Shown here: one piece after another, positions 17,945 through 28,277 of the stretch | Numbering within the stretch: position 1 is the stretch's first letter | Layout of the letters: the number at the start of each line of letters is the position of its first letter | Source of the DNA: an uncultured Holophagales bacterium | Lineage (GTDB): Bacteria > Acidobacteriota > Thermoanaerobaculia > Multivoradales > UBA5704 | NCBI GenBank assembly: GCA_963842525.1 | Contig: CAWJGT010000007.1 | Location: 32,001 to 96,000, forward strand | DNA length: 64,000 nucleotides | Direction: 5' to 3' | Program-made: the position numbers and the translations under genes | Notes under the pieces: model-generated | What the model was told of the DNA's origin: nothing | The model's input: the letters and a program-made list of their open reading frames with translations, nothing else | Database searches by the model: none

Positions 17945-20255
17945 GTGCGACCGACCGCCTTCGACCTGGAGCGCCACCTCAACCCGGAGCAGGCCGACGC
18001 CGTCACCCACGGCGACGGTCCGCAGCTCGTCCTCGCCGGCGCCGGCTCGGGCAAGACCCGGGTCATCACCTACCGGATCGGCTGGCTGATCGAAGAGCGC
18101 GGGGTCGATCCCGGGCGGATCGTGGCCATGACCTTCACGAACAAGGCGGCGGGCGAGATGCGCGAGCGGGTCGAGGACCTGCTCGGCATGCACCCGCTGC
18201 CGGCCTCGGTGGGGACGTTCCACCGCTATGGCCTGATCCTGCTGCGCCGCTATGGCGAACGGGTCGGGCTGCGGCGCGACTTCGCGATCCTTGACACGTC
18301 CGACCAGCTTGGCCTGGTCAAGGAGGCGCTCGGCGCCGAAGGGCTCTCCGAGACCGCCTTTTCGCCGCGTGCCGTGCTGCACCAGATCTCCGCGGCCAAG
18401 AACAAGCTCATCGAGGCCGCCGCCTACGAAGCCGCGGCGACCAACTTTTTCGAGAAGAAGGTGGCTGTCCTCTACCGCCGCTACCAGGGGCTGCTGGCCC
18501 AGGCCTCCGGGGTGGACTTCGACGACCTGCTCGCGCTCTCGGTCAAGCTCCTTTCGACCGATCCGGAGATGCGCGAGCGGGTGCGCTCGCGCACCCAATA
18601 CCTGCTGGTCGACGAGTACCAGGACACCAACCACGCCCAGCTCCGGCTCATCCAGGAGCTGATCGGCCCGGCCGGCAACCTGACCGCCGTGGGCGACGAG
18701 GACCAGGGGATCTACCGCTGGCGCGGCGCCGACCTGGACAACATCCTCCAGTTCGAGGCCAGCTTCCCCGGCGCGGTGGTGCGCAAACTGGAACGCAACT
18801 ACCGCTCGACGCAGACCATCCTCGACGTCTCGGGCGCGCTGATCGCCCACAACGTCAACCGTCGCGGCAAGCGCCTGTGGACCGAGAACGGCGCCGGCGT
18901 CAAGGCGGAGCTGTTCAAGGCGAGCGACGAGGGGGACGAGGCGGGATTCGTCGCCGACACCCTCCAGGCGCTGCGCCAGCGCATGAAGCTGGGCGAGCTC
19001 GGCGTCCTGGTCCGTACCAACGCCCAGACGCGGGCGATCGAGGACGAGCTGCTCAGGCGCGAGATTCCCTACTCCCTGGTCGGTGGCGTCCGCTTCTACG
19101 ACCGGTCCGAGATCAAGGACCTGGTGGCCTACCTGCGCACGTTGCGCAACCCGCGCGATAATTTCTCGCTTTTACGGGTGATCAACCAGCCGCCGCGGGG
19201 GATCGGCAAGTCGACCCTGGAGCTGCTGCGCGACCGGGCGGTCGAGCTCGGCCAGCCGCTCTGGGACGTCATCTACCTGGACGACCTCGGCACTCTGCCG
19301 CAGCGCAGCGCCACGGCCCTGCGCAAGTTCCGCGACCTGATCGTTGGCCTGCAGAAGGCCTCTGAGGAGCTGCCGCTCCCCGCCCTGCTCGACCGCCTGC
19401 TCGCCGACACCGGCTTCACGGAGCTCTTCCGCAAGGACGATCCGGACGACCTGGCGCGCATCGAGAACATCCGCGAGTTCCTCTCCGCGGCCCAGGCCTT
19501 CACCGAGTTCGAACAGCTACAACAGCAGCGACCCGGACCTGCTGACGGCCTTCCTCGACCACGTGGCCCTGGTGACCGACCTCGACTCGCTCCAGGAGGA
19601 GAAGGGGGTCTCCCTGATGACCCTCCACAGCGCCAAGGGGCTGGAGTTCCGGGCGGCGATCGTCGCCGGCCTGGAGCATGGTCTCCTGCCGCACTTCAAC
19701 GCCCAGGGGGCAGCGGAGGACATCGAAGAAGAGCGGCGCCTGCTCTACGTCGGCATGACCCGGGCGCGGGAGAAGCTCTACCTGACCTGCTGCCGGCGCC
19801 GCCGCATCGCCGGCCGCTACCAGGACCAGGCCGAATCGCCGTTCCTCAACGAGCTGCCCGACCACCTCCTCGAGGTCCGCCACAGCCCGGACCTCTACGG
19901 CACGGAGCGCTATGACGAGCGGGCCCGGGGCGTCTATGACTTCTTCGGCCAGGGGCGGCCCACGGCCCCGGCCGCCTCCTACCAGCGCCAGCCGTCCTTC
20001 TCGCCAGGAGTGGCGCCGCGCCCGCAGGCCCCTCCGTCTTCGTTCGGCGGCCGGCAGGTGATCCCCGAGCCGCAGGAGGTGGTCGCCCCCCGCCGGCCGA
20101 TCAAGCGCGGCAGCCGAGTCCGCCACCCCACCCTGGGCAACGGCGTCGTCCTCGAATTTGAAGGCCAGGGCGAGGACGCCCGCCTCACCGTGTTTTTCGA
20201 GAAGGCGGGGAAGAGGAAGCTGGTGGCGAAGTTTGCGAATCTGGAGATGTTGTAG
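17945..20255 (+). CDS. uvrD: UvrD/PcrA DNA helicase; frameshift near 19510, probably a sequencing error
   Basis: AGAGSGKT, TFTNKAA, VDEYQDTN, GDEDQ, LERNYRS; in the second frame LMTLHSAKGLEF, EEERRLLYVGMTRA and a C-terminal Tudor-like tail. Confidence 0.93.
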
Positions 20256-20276
20256 CCCGGGCATTCATGCCCGGGC
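20252..20276. repeat. GTAG-type REP palindrome
   Basis: gtaGCCCGGGCATTCATGCCCGGGC overlaps the uvrD stop; same family as 25225-25326. Confidence 0.75.
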
Positions 20277-22121
20277 GGCAGGGCTGCAGTTTACCTGGCA
20301 GAAGCAGCCACCCACTCCTTCACACTCTTCTCCAACAAATCGAGCGGCAGTTGCCCATGGCCCAGGATGTGGTCGTGGAAGGCACGGATGTTCGAACCGC
20401 GGCCCCAGCTCTTTCTCGGCATAGCTACGCAGCTCCCGGATCTTCAGCTCGCCGATCTTGTAGACCGGCACCGTGCCCGGCTGCGCGATGATGCGATCGA
20501 CCTCGGTCTCGATGTCGTGCGCGGTCTTGGCGCAGTTGGCCGTGTAATAGTCGATGGCCTGCTGGCGGGTCCACCCCTTGGAATGCACGCCGGTGTCGAC
20601 CACAAGGCGGATCGCCCGCCAGACCTCGTTAGTGAGCTGGCCGAACTTCGAGTAGGGGTCCTTGTAGAGGCCTAGGTCGCTCCCCAGGCTCTCGGCATAG
20701 AGGCCCCACCCTTCTGAAAAGGCGGGATAGACATCCCACTTGCGCCAGTCCGGCAGCTCCCCCAGCTCCTCGACGAGGGCGTACTGGAGGTGGTGCCCGG
20801 GCACGGTCTCGTGCAGGGTGAGCGCCTCCATCCCCCACTTCGGACGCGACTTCAGGTCATAGGTATTGACCAGGAACCAGCCCGGCATACCTCCGGCGAG
20901 CGAGCCGCTGTTGAAATAGGCCGCCGGCGCCGACTTCTCGACCATGGCTCGAACACCATAGGGGAGCCGCGGCAGCCGGCCGAAGAGCTTGATGAGCTCC
21001 GGATCGATCCTCTTCGCGATGTCGCGGTAGCCGGCGACCAGGTCCTCCGGCTTGTCGTAGAAGAAGCGCGGGTCGGTGCGCAGAAAGTGGGAGAACTCCG
21101 CGAAGCTCCCTTTGAAACCGATCGAGACGATGAGCGCGTCCATCTCCTGGCGGATGCGTTTCACCTCGGCGAGGCCGAGCTGGTGGATCTGCTCGGGCGT
21201 CAGATCGGTGGTCGTATGATTCCGCAGCGCATAGGCATACCAGGCCTTGCCGTCCGGCAGGTCGCTCATGGCGATCGACTCGCGGGCGCCCGGGACATAG
21301 GTGTTCGCGAGGAAATCGTGGTACCTGCGCAGGGCCGGCTCCACTTGCTCGGTGAAGAGCCGGAGGGCCTCGCGCCGGAGCCGTTCCCGGTCTGCCGCGG
21401 GAATCGTCTCGGGGATTTTCTGGAACGGCTTCAGGATCGGGCTTTGCCAGGGATCTTTTTGAGGATCCGCGGGGAGCAGCCTCCCGATCCGGTCGGGCAC
21501 GCCGCGCAGAGTCACCCGCGGCGGTGTGATCCCGGCCTCGAGCCCCTTGCGGAGCTGCGCAAGGGTCTGGTCCGTCCACTCGGCGTAACCTTGTAGGCCC
21601 GCCAGCAGGATCTCGTAGTCGTGGAGGGTGTACAGGTCCGACGAGGACTCCGCCGAGCCGGAGCCCATTGTGCTGATCAACAGGTACTCGCTGCGGAAAG
21701 GCTCCAACTCATGGAAGCGTTCCCCCTCGATCCGCATCTCCAGGCGGCGGCGGGCCAGATCGTAATGGACCTGCTCGGCCGGCGTGAGCCGCGAGCGGTC
21801 GATGGAGGAGAGGGCCGCCATCTCCAGCCGGGTGATGCGGCGGATGAGCGCAATCGTCTCCGGCGAGAGGTCGGCCCAGCGGTCTTCGTACCCCGGAACG
21901 CCCACGGCGGCGGCGAGATCGGGAAACGACTGCAGCCGGGCGGCCCAATAGAGCTCGAAGAACCGCTTCAGCCGCGCGCTCTCGCTCTCCTGTCCCCGGG
22001 TGGCCGCGAGCTGTTCGATCTGCCGCGCCGACTCGATGAGCTCCGGCGGCGTGGCGGCAGAGACCGGGGCTGTGGAAGCGAGCAGGAGGATCGCCAGGGT
22101 GAGGGTCGTCTTCTTCTTCAT
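20265..22121 (-). CDS. DUF885 family secreted protein; frameshift near the C-terminus
   Basis: Signal peptide, HETVPGHHLQ, FSEGWGLYAE, RLVVDTGVH, YKIGELKI. Confidence 0.92.
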   Translation of the reverse strand: MKKKTTLTLAILLLASTAPVSAATPPELIESARQIEQLAATRGQESESARLKRFFELYWAARLQSFPDLAAAVGVPGYEDRWADLSPETIALIRRITRLEMAALSSIDRSRLTPAEQVHYDLARRRLEMRIEGERFHELEPFRSEYLLISTMGSGSAESSSDLYTLHDYEILLAGLQGYAEWTDQTLAQLRKGLEAGITPPRVTLRGVPDRIGRLLPADPQKDPWQSPILKPFQKIPETIPAADRERLRREALRLFTEQVEPALRRYHDFLANTYVPGARESIAMSDLPDGKAWYAYALRNHTTTDLTPEQIHQLGLAEVKRIRQEMDALIVSIGFKGSFAEFSHFLRTDPRFFYDKPEDLVAGYRDIAKRIDPELIKLFGRLPRLPYGVRAMVEKSAPAAYFNSGSLAGGMPGWFLVNTYDLKSRPKWGMEALTLHETVPGHHLQYALVEELGELPDWRKWDVYPAFSEGWGLYAESLGSDLGLYKDPYSKFGQLTNEVWRAIRLVVDTGVHSKGWTRQQAIDYYTANCAKTAHDIETEVDRIIAQPGTVPVYKIGELKIRELRSYAEKELGPRFEHPCLPRPHPGPWATAARFVGEECEGVGGCFCQVNCSPAARA

Positions 22122-22235
22122 CGCATACCTCCGACGGCCCGGGATCTTACAGCCTGGTCAGCAGACCAACTCACACTGAGCCAGCGTCAGCTCCGCAAAA
22201 CCAGTGTCAGCTCACGCTGGTCCAGCGTCCCCCAC

Positions 22236-22480
22236 CCGGCCCAACGGGCCGGGAGAACGGAGCCCGGGGCTGAGGCCGAAGGCCGATGCCCTGGGCAGAG
22301 AGGCGATCAACCCCCGCGGCCTGAAAGGCCCGCGAGGGCTTCTGCCGGAGCCGGCTCAGCTCTCGGTTCAACCCAGAGGTCTCGCGGCCTTTCAGGCCGC
22401 ATCACCGTGGGGCCTGTTGACCCAGGGTATCGGCCTTCGGCCTCAACCCTGGGCTGGATTCTCCCGGCCCGTTGGGCCGG
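22236..22480. repeat. ~245-bp composite inverted-repeat (REPIN/BIME-like) element
   Basis: ccggcccaacgggccgggaga...tctcccggcccgttgggccgg enclosing gaggccgaaggccgat/atcggccttcggcctc and gcggcctgaaaggcc/ggcctttcaggccgc. Confidence 0.85.
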
Positions 22481-22575
22481 CTTGGCTGCCATGGGGCTGC
22501 GATTCATCGCCGACTTTCCCAGAGGCTCCCATACTTTTCCGTACGCGCTATGCTCTCGCGCCGAGGGGCGCGACG

Positions 22576-22750
22576 ATGTCTACTGCGACGAGCCAACGTG
22601 ACGAACATATCGACCTGAAAGTCTCCCAGGATCTCACCGAGCACGAGTCCCTGACGTTGACCCGTCGTGATTGGGAAGCATTCCTGGCAGCCCTGGACGA
22701 CGCTGACCGGCCGCGCCCGCGGCTCGCGGCGGCCGTGCGCCGACTGAGGA
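22576..22750 (+). pseudogene. DUF1778/TacA-like antitoxin with internal deletion
   Basis: MSTATSQRDEHIDLKVSQD|LTEHESLTLTRRDWEAFLAALDDADRPRPRLAAAVRR; the central RHH helix is missing. Confidence 0.6.
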
Positions 22751-22788
22751 GCCGCCTCATCCATCCGGTCCCGGCTGGTCCTGTTGGG

Positions 22789-23352
22789 TCACCGTCCAGG
22801 AAACCGCCGCCGGAGCGCCGTGACGAAGGCCCGGTCGGCCCGGTGTGAGACCAGCTCGAGAGGGGACCGGCCGCGCTTCCAGGCGAGCCAGAAGGCCAGG
22901 GCGAGCAAGACCAGGCTCAGGACGATATTGGGCCAGGCATTCAGCTCCCACTGGCTGCTCCAAGCCCATTGGGCGCGGCTGGAAAACGGGAGGAGATAAG
23001 GGATCGGCCACGGTGAGCCATCCGGCCCGCGCGAGCCTGCCAGGTCGCCCAGAAGGTGGAGGTGGAAGGTGACAAGACAGAGGGCTGCGGTGAGCCCCCG
23101 GCGGCGCCCCAGCGCAAACCCCGCGACGGCAGCGAGCAGGCCGGCGCCCAGGTTGTGCAGCAGCACATGATGGAAGCGGGAGAACCAGAGAAGCGGCTCC
23201 GCCCATCCTCTCGTGGCAATCTCCGCCGCGAAGCCGAGTCCATCCAGATCGGGCGCCACGCCGGCGAGAGTCACCAGAGCCCGGTCGCGCCGATCGAGCT
23301 GAGCGGCTTCGGCGACCGTCCATGACACCAGAAGATGCGTTATCGGATTCAC
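22789..23352 (-). CDS. Membrane-bound metal-dependent hydrolase (YdjM/DUF457-like)
   Basis: MNPITHLL, APDLDG, HHVLLHN, HLHLLGD. Confidence 0.85.
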   Translation of the reverse strand: MNPITHLLVSWTVAEAAQLDRRDRALVTLAGVAPDLDGLGFAAEIATRGWAEPLLWFSRFHHVLLHNLGAGLLAAVAGFALGRRRGLTAALCLVTFHLHLLGDLAGSRGPDGSPWPIPYLLPFSSRAQWAWSSQWELNAWPNIVLSLVLLALAFWLAWKRGRSPLELVSHRADRAFVTALRRRFPGR

Positions 23353-23413
23353 AGGGGAACTTGAACGGGAGACTCAATCCTTGGCGGGTAACAAAGCATT
23401 TGTCTTCACCCGC

Positions 23414-23487
23414 AGCAACGCTTCTGGCGGTGAGCGGCGGAACCGCGCTATTGGCAGTTTCCGCCCGCTCGACCTCGACTGTGGTAT
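23414..23487 (-). other. Degenerate integron attC-like site
   Basis: On the minus strand ATACCAC AGTCGA GGTCGAGCG GGCGGAA...TTCCGC CGCTCACC GCCAGAAGC GTTGCTG, with an extra C in the first inner box as in attC. Confidence 0.6.
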
Positions 23488-23499
23488 TACACGCTGCCT

Positions 23500-23679
23500 C
23501 TACCGATTATCCATCTGAGTCGTGCATCCCACACAACTAAAAAAGGTATATGTGCAGTTGTGGGTGCACCCGTATGAACAGTAGGCCGACTCTCCTCCTT
23601 GTACCTGGGCCAACTTCCTACCATTGAGAACGGACAGCGTCTCCTTCTGTAAACGCAGCTTCTTGAGCGCTTTCTTCAT
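23500..23679 (-). CDS. Double-glycine RiPP (lanthipeptide-like) precursor, 59 aa
   Basis: Not in the ORF track. MKKALKKLRLQKETLSVLNGRKLAQVQGG|ESAYCSYGCTHNCTYTFFSCVGCTTQMDNR; RBS AAGGAG. Confidence 0.85.
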   Translation of the reverse strand: MKKALKKLRLQKETLSVLNGRKLAQVQGGESAYCSYGCTHNCTYTFFSCVGCTTQMDNR

Positions 23680-24170
23680 GGATCAATTCTCCTTGTGAAA
23701 CGTGTAACCTCTGTCTCACAGATTCGCCGTCACCCCGCGCACAGATTTCTGCGACACAACCTTCCGGTTGACTCCGCTGCCGGACGAAAGGTGTCGAGCG
23801 TGCAAGGTGCTTAATCTCTTCATAGAACAAGCTACACCTCTTCCTAATCCGCGTCAAGACTGGCGAGGCGCTTGGATAAGCATTCTGGCTGGCCCTGTGC
23901 CTCGAAAGTCGCAACTACGTCATGCTCGACGAGCGAAGGAAGTCGGCCAGATAGCATCTGACCCTACGTGCGCTTCGTGTTTCAGTCAGACGGGAAATTC
24001 TTGTGCGTCTGAGAAGATAGACCGGGGCTGGCGCAAAGGATCGATCTGCTGCACGAAATCCCGGGCGCGACGAGGGTCAGCCCGCGCCAAGACCAGGAGC
24101 CCGCCTTCGGGCGGTGCCAAGCACTCCTTCGGCAGACTTCCTCTCTCTTGGTCGGCCACTCCCCAGCTCG

Positions 24171-24425
24171 TCATCGATAAACATCGCGACGATGGCCGGC
24201 ACGATAGACTCGCACTGCCCTGGCTTCGTCGAGAATCTCGTAAAGAACACGATAGTCGCCAACGCGTATCCTGTAGTCCCTCTCCGTGCCGGAAAGCTTG
24301 CGGCAGCCGGGCGGCCTCGGCTCATCGGCCAGGGCTCGGATCTTCTCGAGGATGCGATCGAAGGTTTCGGGAGACAGGCGCTTCAGATCCCTCTCGGCCG
24401 GCTTGGCGAGAAGGATCTCATACAT
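24171..24425 (-). CDS. RelE/ParE family toxin
   Basis: MYEILLAKPAERDLKRL...PRPPGCRKLSG..YRIRVGDYRVLYEI..GHRRDVYR. Confidence 0.92.
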   Translation of the reverse strand: MYEILLAKPAERDLKRLSPETFDRILEKIRALADEPRPPGCRKLSGTERDYRIRVGDYRVLYEILDEARAVRVYRAGHRRDVYR

Positions 24426-24621
24426 CCTGGGAGCGCTCGGCAAGGAAGTCGTCGAGGCGCCGGAACTCCAGTGGCTTCTGGCGCATCTCCTCCAGGCACT
24501 TCAGCGCCTCCAGGTCTTCAGCTTTCTCAAGCAACTCGCGGTACTCGGCGAGGCTCAGTATCACGGCCACCGGCCTACCATCCCGAAGCACGATCTCGGG
24601 CGAGGTTGAGCTGTTCTCCAT
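24418..24621 (-). CDS. Phd-like antitoxin, cognate of the RelE toxin
   Basis: GRPVAVILSLAEYRELLEKAEDLEAL; overlaps the toxin start. Confidence 0.85.
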   Translation of the reverse strand: MENSSTSPEIVLRDGRPVAVILSLAEYRELLEKAEDLEALKCLEEMRQKPLEFRRLDDFLAERSQDV

Positions 24622-24667
24622 AGAAACTACCTCCCAAGCGAGTCTACCAGGGTTCTTGGGAGCCCGG

Positions 24668-24983
24668 TCAGTCCACCTTTAGCGCTGCGGCGACCTCGGC
24701 ACGCGCTTCTTCCAGGGTGGCCGGCCCGAAGCGCAGTGGAATGCCAAGCCGGTGGAAGCGCTCCTGCAGCTCGAAGCGCGAGAGGGAGAGGGAGCTCCGC
24801 GGTCTTGCCGAGACTGATCTCATCGTCCAGATAGGACTGCAGGATTCCGATCGCCGGATCATCTGTCTCCTTGTCGCGTTCTCTTGGATCGATGGCGCAC
24901 AAGGCCAGTGCGCGAAGGAGACGAAAATCCAGAGGCTCGAGGAGGATCACCTGTTCTCTCCCGGAGCTTTCCACGACCGCCAC
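24668..24983 (-). pseudogene. Phd/UPF0175-like antitoxin, 5' truncated, with a frameshift
   Basis: VVESSGREQVILLEPLDF...YLDDEISLGKTAEL|SLSRFELQERFHRLGIPLRFGP. Confidence 0.6.
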
Positions 24984-25224
24984 GCTTCACAGCGGGTCAG
25001 CGATGCGATGTCGAAGGGGCGCTTGACGTCCATACAGACCATGATGCACACTGGAGATCTGTATGTCCATACCCAAATCGCTTGCGATAGGAACGGCATC
25101 TGCTTCGGATGGGAAGACCTATGAAGGCTGAACTGCTTCGGCGCCTCTCCTGGGGTTTTCGGGGTATCGAGCCCCTCATGCGTGCCTACATCGGGCAGGG
25201 GCTGCGGAAGGACCTCGCGCTGCT

Positions 25225-25326
25225 GCCCGGGCATGAATGCCCGGGCTAGAAACAGCGCCGGGTGAACCCGGCTTCAAGCCCCATTCATGGGGCGCTGTTC
25301 ATAGCCCGGTGATTCATCGCCGGGCT
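25225..25326. repeat. REP doublet (REPIN-like)
   Basis: gcccgggcatgaatgcccgggc ... agcccggtgattcatcgccgggct with internal hairpins. Confidence 0.75.
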
Positions 25327-25371
25327 TTCCTCCAGCAACAATCACCATCCCGGTTCGGCGCTCCCTGCCGC

Positions 25372-25652
25372 GCGGACCGCGGTCCCTTTCATACGGACCG
25401 CGAAACACGGTCCGGTCTCACGGTCCGTGCCGCAGGGACCGTGCTCCCTGCGACAGCGAGCCTGAGTCCGGTCAGACGGACCATGGTCCGCGCGACACGG
25501 ACCGCGAAACCAGTCGCGTGTCGGCAGGTCATCTGGCAGGACCCACGGTCCGTGTGACGCGTCTCGCGGTCCGTGTGAGGGGGACCGAGAGTCCAGATCG
25601 TGGTTTCGCGGTCCGCATCGCGCGGAGTCTCGGTCCTCGCGCGAGGACCGCC
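25372..25652. repeat. Degenerate repeat tract rich in GGACCG/CGGTCC
   Basis: More than 12 GGWCC-containing motifs in both orientations, e.g. acggaccgcgaaac twice and cggtccgtgtga twice. Confidence 0.6.
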
Positions 25653-25732
25653 GGCGCTCCCAGGGCGCTGGGGCAAGCGGCGGTCCGCCTCATCCATCCG
25701 GCCCCAGGTTTCCGTATATCCTCAGGGCGGAC

Positions 25733-26857
25733 TTGCCCCGGGAGGTCTCCTTGGCCGCACGCATCCAGCTCCGCGCCCTTGTTTTCGTCCTGGCGGCGGC
25801 CCTCGCCCTGTCTCCGGCCGCCGGAGCGCACGAGCTTGGGAAGGTCCAAGTCTATGCCACCTTCCTGGAGGACGGCACCTATCGGGTCGAGCTGGTGGTC
25901 GACGAGGAGCACCTGACTTCGCAGGACGTGGGCGGGCCGGCGGGGGACACCCGATATGGACCGATCCAGGGGTTGACCGGTGAGGTCGACCGGCGGTTCG
26001 GACGCCTGTTCCGCTCTCTCGTGGACGGTGCGACGATCTCTTTCGACGGCCGGCCTGTCGAGCCCGAGGCCGAGATGGTGCCGCCGGACCCCGATGCGGT
26101 GCCGGGCCGGATGACGCTCCGCCTCCACGGGCCGATCCCGGGCGGAGCGCGCGCCTTCACCTGGTCCGAGTCCGTGCCGGTCGGCCCCTATCCGCTGGTC
26201 CCGCAGAACGAGGGGGATGAGAGCGCTGTCTGGCAGTGGCTGGAGGGAGGTGCCGCGAGCCAGCCCTTCTCGCTCGCGGCGGCGGTGATCCCGCTGAGCC
26301 GGACGGAGGTCGTCGTCCAGTATCTGAAGCTCGGCTTCACCCACATCCTGCCGAAGGGGCTGGACCATATCCTCTTCGTGCTCGGTCTCTTCCTTCTTTC
26401 GCGGCGCCTCAAGCCGCTCCTTCTCCAGGTGACCGCCTTCACGATCGCCCACACGGTCACCCTGGCGCTCAGCATCTACGGCGTGGTGACTCTTCCCTCC
26501 TCGATCGTCGAGCCGCTGATCGCCCTGTCGATCGTTTTCGTGGCGGTCGAGAACATCCTCACCTCGGAGCTGCGGCCGTCGCGGATCGCCCTGGTTTTCG
26601 CCTTCGGCCTGCTCCACGGGCTCGGCTTCGCGGGAGTCCTTTCCGAGCTGGGCCTGCCGCGCTCGGAGTTCCTCCCCGCGCTGCTCAGCTTCAACCTGGG
26701 CGTCGAGGCAGGGCAGCTCGCCGTGATCGGCCTCGCCCTGCTGGCGGTCGGGCTCTTCCGCAACCGGATCTGGTACCGCCAGGCGGTCGTCGTCCCCGCC
26801 TCCTGCCTGATCGCGCTGGTGGGGTTGTACTGGTCTGTGCAGCGCGTTTTCTTCTGA
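25733..26857 (+). CDS. HupE/UreJ family membrane protein
   Basis: LGFTHILPKGLDHILFV, FTIAHTVTL, FGLLHGLGFA, FNLGVEAGQ. Confidence 0.9.
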   Translation: MPREVSLAARIQLRALVFVLAAALALSPAAGAHELGKVQVYATFLEDGTYRVELVVDEEHLTSQDVGGPAGDTRYGPIQGLTGEVDRRFGRLFRSLVDGATISFDGRPVEPEAEMVPPDPDAVPGRMTLRLHGPIPGGARAFTWSESVPVGPYPLVPQNEGDESAVWQWLEGGAASQPFSLAAAVIPLSRTEVVVQYLKLGFTHILPKGLDHILFVLGLFLLSRRLKPLLLQVTAFTIAHTVTLALSIYGVVTLPSSIVEPLIALSIVFVAVENILTSELRPSRIALVFAFGLLHGLGFAGVLSELGLPRSEFLPALLSFNLGVEAGQLAVIGLALLAVGLFRNRIWYRQAVVVPASCLIALVGLYWSVQRVFF

Positions 26858-26863
26858 TCTCCG

Positions 26864-28144
26864 CTACGGCTGCCTTACCTCCAGGCTGTTGCCGCGCCAC
26901 TCGATGCGCCAGAGCGGATCGCCCCCGACGATGGGCAGCGCGCTCTCCGTGCCTCGGAACCGCGCGACGATGCGGTCCGGGAGCTCCTCCACCTCGTCGG
27001 GCGGCGAGGCGCCGACGCCTTTGAAGGGAACGGCACGCAGGGTCGACCATTTGCCGTCCACGGTCACGGAGGTGCTGGTGTGGGCCGGCTTGTTGCTGTT
27101 GCGGGCCACCTTGTGGTGCATCTGGCGCCCGCCGGTGGTGCCGATCAGGACGACGTCATAGTCCTCCCGGAGGGGAACCGTCTGGCCTTTGAAGGTCAGG
27201 AATCGGTCACGGATGGCCGGGACCGCCGAGGCATCGCCTTCCACGACACGGCGCAGCAGTTGCCGGTCGTCGTCCGTCAGGCCCCAGAGCTCCGCTGGGG
27301 TGTCGGATTCATAGGGTGCGGCCTTCTTGGGCTTCTGCGCGCCGCCGGAACGCTCGAGAGACAGGCCGATCATCGTCAGGCTTTTGGTGATGTCCTCGAC
27401 TTCGGAAACCTTCGTGGGCCGGCCGTTCACCCTGACCACGCCCTCGCCGTCCAGGAAAAACGCCGGGCCATCGGGGAGGGGCAGCTCGCGTTGATACCGC
27501 TTGAACTTCCGCGGCAGGTTGAGCGCCCACGCGACGACCACGCCGACGAGAGACTGCCCTCCGGCCACGGCCTGGTTCTGCCGCTCCCCGGCCATCGCGA
27601 CAGCCGCGCCGGATGGATTGAAGCGGGTGTGTGAAGGCACATCGCGGAGCTCCCCTCCGAGCACCGCCTGGCCTCCCGTGATCGGGGAGGGCACGGTAAG
27701 GAGCGCCTGCCAGGCCCAATTGGCGCGCAGGGCGGCGTCGATCAGCTCGAGCGCATCCGCGTCTCCCGCCGCCCGGGCCTGCCGGCGGGCCTCCAGCCAG
27801 GCCGCCTCCTGGCCCGTCGTGTAGAGCAGCGAGCCCAGCTCCATCCCCCAGAGGCCCGTGGCGAGCCACGTCTCCGCCAGCTCCTTGAAGAAGCCGAACC
27901 TTCCATTGGCCGCTTCCCACGTGGGGCGGAAGTTGGCGGAGCCGGGATGATTGACCCATCGCTCGCGGATCGGCGATCCGGGCTGGTCCAGCGCGGGAAT
28001 GTGGAACGGGCCCGGGTCGCGGCCGATGAGCGCATTCAGGAGCGCGGCATCTCCCAGCGTGCGGCCCTCGTTGAATTCTGTTACGACGTTCCTCGCCACG
28101 ATCACACCTCCTGGGCCGGGCGGCCCGGAAAAACAGTCGCTCAA
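26864..28144 (-). CDS. Hypothetical protein
   Basis: 426-aa ORF with protein-like composition; no family recognised. Confidence 0.65.
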   Translation of the reverse strand: MSDCFSGPPGPGGVIVARNVVTEFNEGRTLGDAALLNALIGRDPGPFHIPALDQPGSPIRERWVNHPGSANFRPTWEAANGRFGFFKELAETWLATGLWGMELGSLLYTTGQEAAWLEARRQARAAGDADALELIDAALRANWAWQALLTVPSPITGGQAVLGGELRDVPSHTRFNPSGAAVAMAGERQNQAVAGGQSLVGVVVAWALNLPRKFKRYQRELPLPDGPAFFLDGEGVVRVNGRPTKVSEVEDITKSLTMIGLSLERSGGAQKPKKAAPYESDTPAELWGLTDDDRQLLRRVVEGDASAVPAIRDRFLTFKGQTVPLREDYDVVLIGTTGGRQMHHKVARNSNKPAHTSTSVTVDGKWSTLRAVPFKGVGASPPDEVEELPDRIVARFRGTESALPIVGGDPLWRIEWRGNSLEVRQP

Positions 28145-28277
28145 GGTGCTAGACGACTATCGTAGATCTTTTCCCTCCGGCCGGCGTATCCAGGTGGCGG
28201 AGCGGGACACCGGACGTGCCGGTCCCGGACCACCTGGCCGATCCCCTGGCCTTCGCGGTCCGGCTGCTCGCGGAGTA

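Noticed and set aside
17945-20255. uvrD as a pseudogene or programmed frameshift
   Set aside because: Single-base shifts also occur near 4725, 12755, 20390, 30750, 35012, 42730, 44700, 49140, 50345, 51817 and 63505 in otherwise intact genes. Sequencing indels are the simplest explanation; reads are needed to confirm.
23618-23914. 98-aa minus-strand ORF from the track
   Set aside because: No RBS or motif; the overlapping 59-aa frame at 23500-23679 has an RBS and a clear precursor pattern.
25095-25200. Remnant of a RAYT/IS200 transposase beside the REP doublet
   Set aside because: Only faint resemblance (FGWED..Y, RAYI) with no HUH motif or continuous frame; too weak to call.
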